DNA from: an uncultured archaeon
GTDB taxonomy: Archaea > Iainarchaeota > Iainarchaeia > Iainarchaeales > CSSED10-239
NCBI GenBank assembly: GCA_964586355.1
Contig: CAZPGO010000019.1
Location: 1-32,000, forward strand
Direction of reading: 5' to 3'
DNA: 32,000 nucleotides
Positions 24,955 to 32,000 of this stretch are shown one piece after another. A program made the position numbers and the translations under genes. The notes under the pieces are model-generated. The model saw only the letters and a program-made list of their open reading frames with translations. It searched no databases and was not told where the DNA came from. How positions within the stretch are numbered: the stretch's first letter is position 1; every line of letters begins with the position of its first letter.

Positions 24955-25444
24955 AAAAGCTTTATCACCAATAATAAGTGTTATTTTAATAATTTTAGTT
25001 GCTGTTATATTAATTACTATGTTTTTAACATGGTCAAAGGAATATTATAATAATCAGTTAACCAACACTACTGAGCAGCTAAAACGAGCATCAAGTATTG
25101 AGTGTGCTAATTCTAAATTAAAAGTTTCTTCTTGTTCTTTTGATTCTTTTACTAAGGAGCTTTCTTTATTTTTAATAAATGATTCACAAATAAGATATTT
25201 TGATTTTACTTTAACTATAGAAGGAGTTGATCAAACATCTCAAGAACCAGTTAGACTTTATGGTGTTTTTAATCATATATTGGAGCCAGGAGCTTCTATC
25301 AATCTTTTAACAGATAGCAACTTTTTGGTTTTAGATTCTTCTGGTAATTATGAAAATTTAGATCTAAATAGTGTTTCTCTAATTAACCTAAGTAACGGTG
25401 CTTGCAAAAACCAGAACTTTGTTTTAGTGTGTTCTGTTGACTAA
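24947..25444 (+). CDS. Archaeal type IV pilin-like protein, paralogue 2
   Basis: 'MNKKALSPIISVILIILVAVILITMF'. I moved the start from 24935 to ATG 24947, which overlaps the upstream stop (ATGAATAA) and gives a typical short, charged signal peptide. It shares 'IRYFD', 'LTIE', 'GVF...PG.S' and 'NGACK' blocks with paralogue 1. Confidence 0.7.
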   Translation: MNKKALSPIISVILIILVAVILITMFLTWSKEYYNNQLTNTTEQLKRASSIECANSKLKVSSCSFDSFTKELSLFLINDSQIRYFDFTLTIEGVDQTSQEPVRLYGVFNHILEPGASINLLTDSNFLVLDSSGNYENLDLNSVSLINLSNGACKNQNFVLVCSVD

Positions 25445-26389
25445 TTATTTTGAAATGTTTGAAATATCATCAATAATAAAACCACTAGCCTTAGGGTGTC
25501 CATTACCACCATATTTTTTAGCAATTATTGAACAGTCTACACTTTTAGATCTTAGGCTTATCTTATCAAAGTATTCTGGTTTTTCTTTGTTTAGGTAATA
25601 TCTATACCAAATAATAACTAGTTCTATATCTTTATAATCTTCAGAATTAAAAATATGTTCAGAGATATATCCAGGTTTTATTTGTGAATTTACTATAAAT
25701 GTCTTAATTCCTTCAAAATGTGTTTTTTTACCACTAGATATATCGTCAAAAACTTTTATTTTTAAATATTTATTTATTATTTTTCCAAAATCAATAAATT
25801 TTTCTGAATTTTTTTTAAAGTAATTATTATCAAAGAAACTTAAGAATTCTTCTATTATATCAAACGACTTTTCTTTATTTTTTTTTAATGACATGTATAA
25901 AAGATCTAAATATTGTAATATCTCTTTAGAATCTGGTAATTGCCATTTCCAGATATCCATATCTTCTACATATTGTGAAAATAAAGGGGGTTCTTTGTTA
26001 AAATATTTCCAAACAAGAACAGCTGCAGAGTTGTTATGATCTCTTAATCCACTAATTTCTTGATCTGTGTATTCTTTTATAACATTTTTGTGATGATCTA
26101 TCCAAATCATATTTTTATTATATATTTCTAAGAATTTTAACATTGTTTTTTTATCAAAACAGTAATCTAGTATTATAACATTTGTAAAAAAAGAAAGATC
26201 TATACTCTGTATTTTTAAGTTAGTAAAGATATTTTCAACACCATAGCTTACTTCATAAAAATAATATTCTTTTCTTAGGGTCTTATAGTCAGGCCTCTTT
26301 AAATGATTTTGCATATAATCATTATAAGCATATCCTAAAGCAGAAATAAGCCCATCTAAATCATTGTGGTAAAAAATAATTGTGTTCAT
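25445..26389 (-). CDS. DHH/DHHA1-family phosphoesterase (NrnA-like nanoRNase/pAp phosphatase type)
   Basis: Motif I 'FYHNDLDGLISA', motif II 'VIILDY', motif III 'IWIDHHKN', and the DHHA1 motif 'SLRSKSVDCSIIAKKYGGNGHPKASGF'. GGAGC SD upstream on the minus strand. Confidence 0.8.
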   Translation of the reverse strand: MNTIIFYHNDLDGLISALGYAYNDYMQNHLKRPDYKTLRKEYYFYEVSYGVENIFTNLKIQSIDLSFFTNVIILDYCFDKKTMLKFLEIYNKNMIWIDHHKNVIKEYTDQEISGLRDHNNSAAVLVWKYFNKEPPLFSQYVEDMDIWKWQLPDSKEILQYLDLLYMSLKKNKEKSFDIIEEFLSFFDNNYFKKNSEKFIDFGKIINKYLKIKVFDDISSGKKTHFEGIKTFIVNSQIKPGYISEHIFNSEDYKDIELVIIWYRYYLNKEKPEYFDKISLRSKSVDCSIIAKKYGGNGHPKASGFIIDDISNISK

Positions 26390-26655
26390 TTTTTGTTCGT
26401 GCTCCTACAAATATATTTATTTTTAGTTGTTTTTATATATGTTTGTTTTTTATTTTAGAGTTGTTTTTGCACAATATCTTGGACAAGCCAACTTTTTTTA
26501 AAACAAAAAATAGGCATTTAAAAATAGATCCCCGTTTTTAACAAAAATTACTGATCTAAAAGATCTTACAATATATTTATATTTGTTTTTTAGAATAAGT
26601 AGTATAATAATGTTAAAAAATTAACTATGCTTATTTATCTTTGGAGATCTTATTT

Positions 26656-29600
26656 ATGAAAAAATTATTTTTGTTGTTTTTTTTAATACTTAACCTATCT
26701 ATGGTATTTAGTCTGACTCCTAATTTCTTTAATAAAGTTAACTATTATGATCAAATTATTGATGTTGGTGTTTTAGATAATAACCTTTCAGGAGATTTCT
26801 TAAAAATAACACTCTCAGATCAATATGAAACTTATTTTGAAGAGGCTTTTTCTATTAAAAATAGTAAAAAAATAGATGTTGTTTTTGATAGCTCTGTTTC
26901 TTCTTATCTTGTTGCAAACTATGAGGTTTTGGATTCTAATTATTCTATATTAGAGACCTATTCTTTTCCTTTATTTTTAGAGAGTATAGATCTTGGCAGA
27001 ATTTTTTTGTGTGATATAAAAGAATGCCATTATTCTGATTCCAAAAAATATTTTGATAATAGTTCTAAAATCTACCTTAATGTTGATAATAATTTAGATG
27101 TTAATTATTCTCTTGATCTTTTTTTAAAAGAAGGAAAAAATTATAAACTTTTATTTTCTGAAAGCACACATGTATTTCCTTATTTCTTAGCTATTGATGA
27201 TTCTGGTTCTTATAAGCTGGTTTTAAGTTATTATTTTGAAGATCTAATTTTTACTAAAAAAACTTTTTTTGAGATTGGGTCTCTAGAGCCAATTTCTTCT
27301 GATAGTTTTTCTGAGAGTAATATTGTATATTCTGATTTTGTGGATAGTAATTTAACAGAACCTGTTATAAATAAAAATACTTCTAATGATTCAAATACAT
27401 TATCAGAGAAAAATTATTTTTTTCAAAATTCAAAAAATATTTTAGCTTTGCTCTTTATATCTATTATTTTAATTTTGATTTTAATAATTTTATTTACAAG
27501 TAAAAATAAAAGATCAAGACATAGAAAAATAGCTTCTTTTTTTGTAGTTTTTTTTATTTTTTTTAATCTAGGATCTGTTTTTGCAGAATCTGAAAACGTT
27601 GTGACTTTGGAAGGTAGTACAAAACTTAATGAGATATTTACTTATTATAGAACCCTAAATGCAGCATCTAAAGACATAGTTTTTTCTTTTGAAATTAATG
27701 AAAGTCTAGAAGCTAATGACACTTTACTAGATAATTACCAGATTATACCTTCTGATGTAGACGACATTTTTAGAGAACCGATATTAGATTTAGAATATTC
27801 TAATAGATTTTTAGATTTTGCTGAAATTTATTCTTTGGAAAACAGATTAGAAACTGTTTATTTTTTTAATATTAATAAAAGTAATTCTACAGAGTATATA
27901 AATAATTCTTGTTTTGAAAATATTAGTAATTATTATAAAAGCATAGATTTTTTTGGTCAAACAAATATAATAAACGAACAAGAAACTATAAGACAGCTTT
28001 TTTTGCCAAGAACTAAACCATATATTGAATCAGAGCTAGAAAAGTTTGGAGATTCTGATTTTATTAATGATTGTTTTAATTTTTTATTAACTGAAAAAAT
28101 ACTTGTTCCCTATGATATTTTATTATATACAAAAGTGGAGCTAAAAAACATACCAAAAAATTTTGAGCTTTATATGTCTATTGAAACAATTAATTTTGAA
28201 CCTCCTTTTTTAACAACAAAAAAACCATTGGATATATTAGTTTCTTTTAAAAGAACCCCAATAGTTATAGAATCTAGTTATTCTATGCCCTATAACTGCG
28301 ATAAAGAAAATCTTAGTTATTGTTATATTAATAATTCTGACTTTGATTCAATTAAATATCTATCAGATACTGGTAGTATAGCAAGTCCAGAGTTTTATAA
28401 AAGAATGGATGATTATGCAAGTTATCTTAATAATTTTGATTTAGTAAAAGATCTATATAGAAAAGAGGTTGATGGAGTTAACATTAAAGATCTGCTCTCC
28501 TTTGCAGCAATTAATAGAGAAAATCTTTGTTTTTCTAATGAAAAAAGAGAATATAATGAATTAATTTTTGATGTAGCAAAGGCCTACAATTTTACAGACG
28601 AGCAAGCTTTACAGTTTTGGGCTTTGATTGCTGAGAGATCTAACTGTGATATTAATTATGATGATGTTGATAATGATTTGCTTGGTCTTGCACAAATAGA
28701 TTTAGAGGCATATTATAATCAGTATATTGATCTACATGCTTCTATGCATCCATTTTTAAAAGAAGAAGAGTATCTTCAGTATTTAGTTTTAGGAGACTTT
28801 AAAGAAATAAATGAAAAAAATATAGCAAAATTTGATGCTGATAAAGTTATTAGATTTGGTGGGCTTTCTAGTAAAATAAGTAATATGTACTGGTATTATG
28901 AATTTCTTATAAAAGCAATAAAAAATAGTAAAGATAAATACGGGTCTTTAGTTTTGTTTGCAGGAACAGATTATTTAAAAGAAATGACTACTCTTGTTAA
29001 TTTTTGTGAGAAGTATTATACAGATAACTATCTTGAAAATATCTATTATGATTATGAATCTTTTGTGACAGATAATTTAAAAAAAAACTTAAGAAGCATT
29101 TTTGTTCTAAGTAGTTTACTGGATAAAAAAGAGTTCTCTTTTACTGAAGAGATATGTAAGTATACTGGGGAGCCTGAGTCTATAGTTATGGAATATCCAA
29201 TAATATATACAAATCTAACTGGCAATTATTGTATAGATAATGGATTTGTGCCATCTGTTAATTATCCTAGATACAAAAAAATAGACGGTGTTACTTATCA
29301 TGGAACTGGTGCTTTACTATATAAATGTGAGGATAATAAGATATATAGCTGTATTCCAGGAACAGAGATCATACAAGAAGTAAGTGGATCTGCAGTAAAT
29401 ATACTTAAAGAAGAGCTTTGTTCTAGAGAGCTAATTCTAAAAGAAAAAAGAGTTAAGATTTCTAAAGAGTTTAAGGTTTTAATAAATTATCTTGCAATAA
29501 AGCACAAATATTTGACTAATAGAGAATATTTTGTTTCTAATGGTTTTTTAGAAGACTCTTCTAATGACTCAAAGAAATTTCTTGAAAATAAAACAAATTA

Positions 29601-30456
29601 TTTTAAATTGAAATATGATTATTTTGATATTAAAAAAGAGAATTTTTTAGAGATCACTGCTGAAAAAAATATTTCTTTGTTAAAAAGAATTGATCCAAAT
29701 TATTATTTTGCAGAGATTTTACAAAATAGAAGAAGTTTAGCCTATGCAAGGTCTGGTAACTGTGCTCAGTTTGTTAGAGAAATTGGAACAAATCTTTTTA
29801 CTTCAGAGCTTTATCCAAGAGCAGGAGTTTCTGCTGCTTGGTTATATGATACTACTCCAACAGTAAAAGAGAGATATAATTTAATTTGGGAATCTCCAAT
29901 TGTTTGTTATAGTAAACCAGGAAACAGAAAATTACCAAGAAGTCGTTGTGTTGAGACCCCAGAAGTACAAAGTCCTACTTTAGATTTAGATCTGTTGCCT
30001 GATGGTGCGATCTTAGGTCTTTATGTTTGTAAACAAAGTCATGGGTCTTTAAGAAATCTAGAGTATACACATGTTGGGACCTATATTGGCAAAGATCAAC
30101 TAGGTCATCATTTGTTTATACATATGGGTAATTCTAGATCTATAGAGATAATAAGTGAATATACCTCTCACATATGTAGTTCTGGGTATAATAGGCAAAT
30201 AATGAGAGTCTATGTCCCAAAATCCACAGGAATAACTAGTATGGATCAATTAAGGGAATTAAAAGAAAAAGATTTATTACAACCAGTTACCTGGATTAAA
30301 GATATTAACGAAGTTATAAATAGATCAAATGGACTAGAATATCCTGAATTTGGTATTCAAGATGAAGAAGAAATGGATTCTTCTGAATATGAATCAGATG
30401 ATTCAGAAAGCGAAGATGCAGATCTTGAAGAAAATGCAGAGCAAGAATCTGAATAA
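26656..30456 (+). CDS. Giant surface protein (~1266 aa): signal peptide, ectodomain 1, internal TM hairpin, ectodomain 2 with an SLT-like lytic-transglycosylase motif set and a C-terminal NlpC/P60-like Cys-His peptidase motif set, then an acidic tail
   Basis: The start is set at ATG 26656 (GGAGAT SD 8 nt upstream; 'MKKLFLLFFLILNLSMVFS' is a signal peptide) rather than TTG 26641. SLT-like: 'LIAERSNCD...DLLGLAQID...ISNMYWYYEFLIKAIK...GSLVLFAGTDYL' against the recalled ES...GLMQ...YL...AYNAG. NlpC/P60-like: 'SGNCAQFVREIG' (Cys) ... 'LPDGAILGLYV' ... 'YTHVGTYIGKDQLGHHLFIHMGNS' against the recalled DCSGFV ... GDLVFF ... HVGIYIG.....IHA. Confidence 0.7.
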   Translation: MKKLFLLFFLILNLSMVFSLTPNFFNKVNYYDQIIDVGVLDNNLSGDFLKITLSDQYETYFEEAFSIKNSKKIDVVFDSSVSSYLVANYEVLDSNYSILETYSFPLFLESIDLGRIFLCDIKECHYSDSKKYFDNSSKIYLNVDNNLDVNYSLDLFLKEGKNYKLLFSESTHVFPYFLAIDDSGSYKLVLSYYFEDLIFTKKTFFEIGSLEPISSDSFSESNIVYSDFVDSNLTEPVINKNTSNDSNTLSEKNYFFQNSKNILALLFISIILILILIILFTSKNKRSRHRKIASFFVVFFIFFNLGSVFAESENVVTLEGSTKLNEIFTYYRTLNAASKDIVFSFEINESLEANDTLLDNYQIIPSDVDDIFREPILDLEYSNRFLDFAEIYSLENRLETVYFFNINKSNSTEYINNSCFENISNYYKSIDFFGQTNIINEQETIRQLFLPRTKPYIESELEKFGDSDFINDCFNFLLTEKILVPYDILLYTKVELKNIPKNFELYMSIETINFEPPFLTTKKPLDILVSFKRTPIVIESSYSMPYNCDKENLSYCYINNSDFDSIKYLSDTGSIASPEFYKRMDDYASYLNNFDLVKDLYRKEVDGVNIKDLLSFAAINRENLCFSNEKREYNELIFDVAKAYNFTDEQALQFWALIAERSNCDINYDDVDNDLLGLAQIDLEAYYNQYIDLHASMHPFLKEEEYLQYLVLGDFKEINEKNIAKFDADKVIRFGGLSSKISNMYWYYEFLIKAIKNSKDKYGSLVLFAGTDYLKEMTTLVNFCEKYYTDNYLENIYYDYESFVTDNLKKNLRSIFVLSSLLDKKEFSFTEEICKYTGEPESIVMEYPIIYTNLTGNYCIDNGFVPSVNYPRYKKIDGVTYHGTGALLYKCEDNKIYSCIPGTEIIQEVSGSAVNILKEELCSRELILKEKRVKISKEFKVLINYLAIKHKYLTNREYFVSNGFLEDSSNDSKKFLENKTNYFKLKYDYFDIKKENFLEITAEKNISLLKRIDPNYYFAEILQNRRSLAYARSGNCAQFVREIGTNLFTSELYPRAGVSAAWLYDTTPTVKERYNLIWESPIVCYSKPGNRKLPRSRCVETPEVQSPTLDLDLLPDGAILGLYVCKQSHGSLRNLEYTHVGTYIGKDQLGHHLFIHMGNSRSIEIISEYTSHICSSGYNRQIMRVYVPKSTGITSMDQLRELKEKDLLQPVTWIKDINEVINRSNGLEYPEFGIQDEEEMDSSEYESDDSESEDADLEENAEQESE

Positions 30457-30471
30457 AAAAAGAAAAAAAAA

Positions 30472-31932
30472 TTAATTTTTTTCCACATTAAAAGCATTTT
30501 CTATTTCTTTTGGTTTTTTTGAGAAAAAGTCTATTGCTTCTTTTAGTTCTATATGCTCTTTTGCATATTCCTCAATTGAGATGCCCTTTTTATAAGCCTC
30601 ACATGCCAAAACTAAAGCCCTTGACCCTGACCGTGTTCCTTTTGGATGAGCATGACACCCTGCACCCATAGTGGTTATAAAATCTATTGACCCCATAACA
30701 TCTATAAACGGTTTTAGTAATGTAGGGTTAAGACCACCAGACACTATTGGTGCACACTTTTTTACTCCTCTCCAAGAGTCGTCTTTTAGGATAATGTGGC
30801 CAATTCTGTCTTCTTGAACCATTTTTAAAGCATCTTTGTCATCTTCAGGTATTTTTGACCAAGATTGATCAAAGAAATGTCCTGTTGCTGAAAAATCTAA
30901 AATACCGTCTGCTGCGGTTATATCTTCTTTAGGTGTTCCTTCCATTTTACCAACACCAGCAGTTCCTGTATGTATTCCGGATGCTCCCGCTAATCTTGCA
31001 AATTTAGATAAAACTAGAACAGAGAAACCAAATGCATTTTCTGGTCTTGTAAATGCTCCATGTGCTGCTCTATGGAAGTGTATAAATACATTTGGATATT
31101 TTCTTCTTAAGGTTTGAACAGCCATCCACCCAGCAGTAATTCCATCAATTAAGAACGCATAAGATCCCTCTTCAAAGCCAGCATTTCTGATCATCTCACA
31201 TCTATTGATCATGGTCTCAAAATCAGAAGCAGAAACATTAAATGAATGAACTTTTTTTTGTCCTGTTTCTTTTACTGCTTTATCCATAGCTTCTTTTACA
31301 TGTTTAACCATCTTTTCATAAGGGCAAAAATCTTGATCTGCTTGTGGCTCATCATTCTTAACGAAATCGCCTCCACCAACCCAAAAATCATAGCACACTT
31401 CTGCATATTCTGCACTTGTTAGTCCCATTTTTGGTTTTACTATTGTTCCTAATATTGGTCTATCATAAACTTGTAAATAATTTCTCATATCGTCAAGAGT
31501 GTAACTAGGTCCATCAAATTGTTCTAACATTGCTGGAGAGAACCAAACATCTAATAGTTTTAGAGCTGATACTTCTTTCATGCCTAGCACATTTCCAACA
31601 ACATAGGTTAAAATGTTTTGAACATTTCCAATCCTGTCAAACAATCTCCATGGAAAAGCTATCCAGACAAGATTTTTTTCTTGATCTAGTTTGTATACTA
31701 AAGCATTCATTTCTCTGGAAAATGCTGTTTCAGTATTTACCTTAAAATTAGTTCCTGTTGATGATTCTGCTGCAACCTCTGCTGCTGCTTGTAAGATGTT
31801 TAATGATCCTCCTGGAACTAAATGGAATATTCCTAACATATATTCTCCATTTTTTTCATTTGGGATCTCAAAATTTACATAAGCTTTTTGTTTATCATTT
31901 AGTGTTTCGTATAATTCTTTTTCTGTTAACAT
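30472..31932 (-). CDS. rbcL: Ribulose-1,5-bisphosphate carboxylase/oxygenase large subunit, form II/III-like
   Basis: 'GTIVKPKMGLT', 'GGGDFVKNDEPQADQDFCP' (the KNDEPQ signature of the form II and II/III lineages), 'HFHRAAHGAFT', 'GIHTGTAGVGKMEG', 'SGGLNP', 'GAGCHAHPKG'. GGAGG SD lies 6 nt upstream on the minus strand. Confidence 0.9.
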   Translation of the reverse strand: MLTEKELYETLNDKQKAYVNFEIPNEKNGEYMLGIFHLVPGGSLNILQAAAEVAAESSTGTNFKVNTETAFSREMNALVYKLDQEKNLVWIAFPWRLFDRIGNVQNILTYVVGNVLGMKEVSALKLLDVWFSPAMLEQFDGPSYTLDDMRNYLQVYDRPILGTIVKPKMGLTSAEYAEVCYDFWVGGGDFVKNDEPQADQDFCPYEKMVKHVKEAMDKAVKETGQKKVHSFNVSASDFETMINRCEMIRNAGFEEGSYAFLIDGITAGWMAVQTLRRKYPNVFIHFHRAAHGAFTRPENAFGFSVLVLSKFARLAGASGIHTGTAGVGKMEGTPKEDITAADGILDFSATGHFFDQSWSKIPEDDKDALKMVQEDRIGHIILKDDSWRGVKKCAPIVSGGLNPTLLKPFIDVMGSIDFITTMGAGCHAHPKGTRSGSRALVLACEAYKKGISIEEYAKEHIELKEAIDFFSKKPKEIENAFNVEKN

Positions 31933-32000
31933 TTCTTTTCCTCCATAAAATAATATAGATAAGAAGTAAGAAGTCTTTATATATTTTTGTTTTTTTTCTA

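Noticed and set aside
266-31958. Antisense or alternative-frame 'shadow' ORFs from the six-frame track (266-451, 1385-1585, 2994-3203, 4097-4381, 8327-8620, 9974-10234, 9981-10166, 10546-10794, 10667-10978, 11521-11730, 13479-13667, 20044-20367, 20551-20850, 21703-21975, 23857-24063, 24645-24971, 31530-31745, 31691-31882, 31758-31958)
   Set aside because: Each lies wholly or almost wholly inside a much longer ORF with strong family motifs, mostly on the opposite strand. Their translations are low-complexity F/L/I/S-rich strings, typical of the reverse complement of K/E/N-rich coding sequence.
1-32000. Diversity-generating retroelement, toxin-antitoxin pair or recognisable defence system (RM, CRISPR-Cas, Abi-type)
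   Set aside because: No reverse transcriptase, nuclease/methylase, P-loop NTPase/STAND or cas-like ORF is recognisable. No template/variable repeat pair was seen. The two pilin genes are diverged paralogues, not A-to-N mutated copies.

Overview
AT-rich (about 70% A+T by eye, not computed), tightly packed archaeal window. It best fits a small-genome DPANN-type archaeon: split RNA polymerase genes, L30e, aEF-2 with the diphthamide motif, class-III-signal pilins and a form II/III-like RuBisCO.

Layout:
- 1-2.4 kb: the 3' end of a surface-protein gene, tRNA-Glu(CUC) and an MFS-like transporter.
- 2.7-16.2 kb: the canonical archaeal block rpoH, rpoB'', rpoB', rpoA', rpoA'', rpl30e, rps12, rps7, fusA. 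It has two anomalies. nusA is missing from its usual slot between rpl30e and rps12. A ~1.95 kb two-gene accessory insert (an unknown basic protein plus a frameshifted Bro-N/antirepressor-like gene) separates rps7 from fusA.
- 16.2-18.6 kb: a 74-aa protein that is 47% lysine and built from near-identical 51-nt repeats, a DXR-like ORF with its catalytic and NADPH motifs substituted, and archaeal D-aminoacyl-tRNA deacylase.
- 18.8-22.6 kb: a small unknown ORF, glyA, an unknown ORF, and a long two-lobed ThyX-like ORF.
- 22.6-30.5 kb: unknown and membrane proteins, two tandem paralogous pilin-like genes, a DHH/DHHA1 phosphoesterase, and a ~1266-aa surface protein. That protein combines an SLT-like (lytic transglycosylase) motif set with a C-terminal NlpC/P60-like Cys-His peptidase motif set.
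- 30.5-31.9 kb: the RuBisCO large subunit.

Internal genes mostly carry GGTG(A)/GGAGG Shine-Dalgarno motifs 5-9 nt upstream. I used these to revise three starts from the ORF track (fusA, dtdA, the giant ORF); the second pilin start was moved on stop/start overlap and signal-peptide shape.

The observations most worth follow-up are the giant dual-hydrolase surface protein with its pilin/membrane-protein neighbourhood, the DXR-like pseudoenzyme, the Lys-rich repeat protein with phased TTGGACA repeats upstream, and the insert in the rps7-fusA junction. All family assignments rest on motifs recalled from memory. No searches were run.
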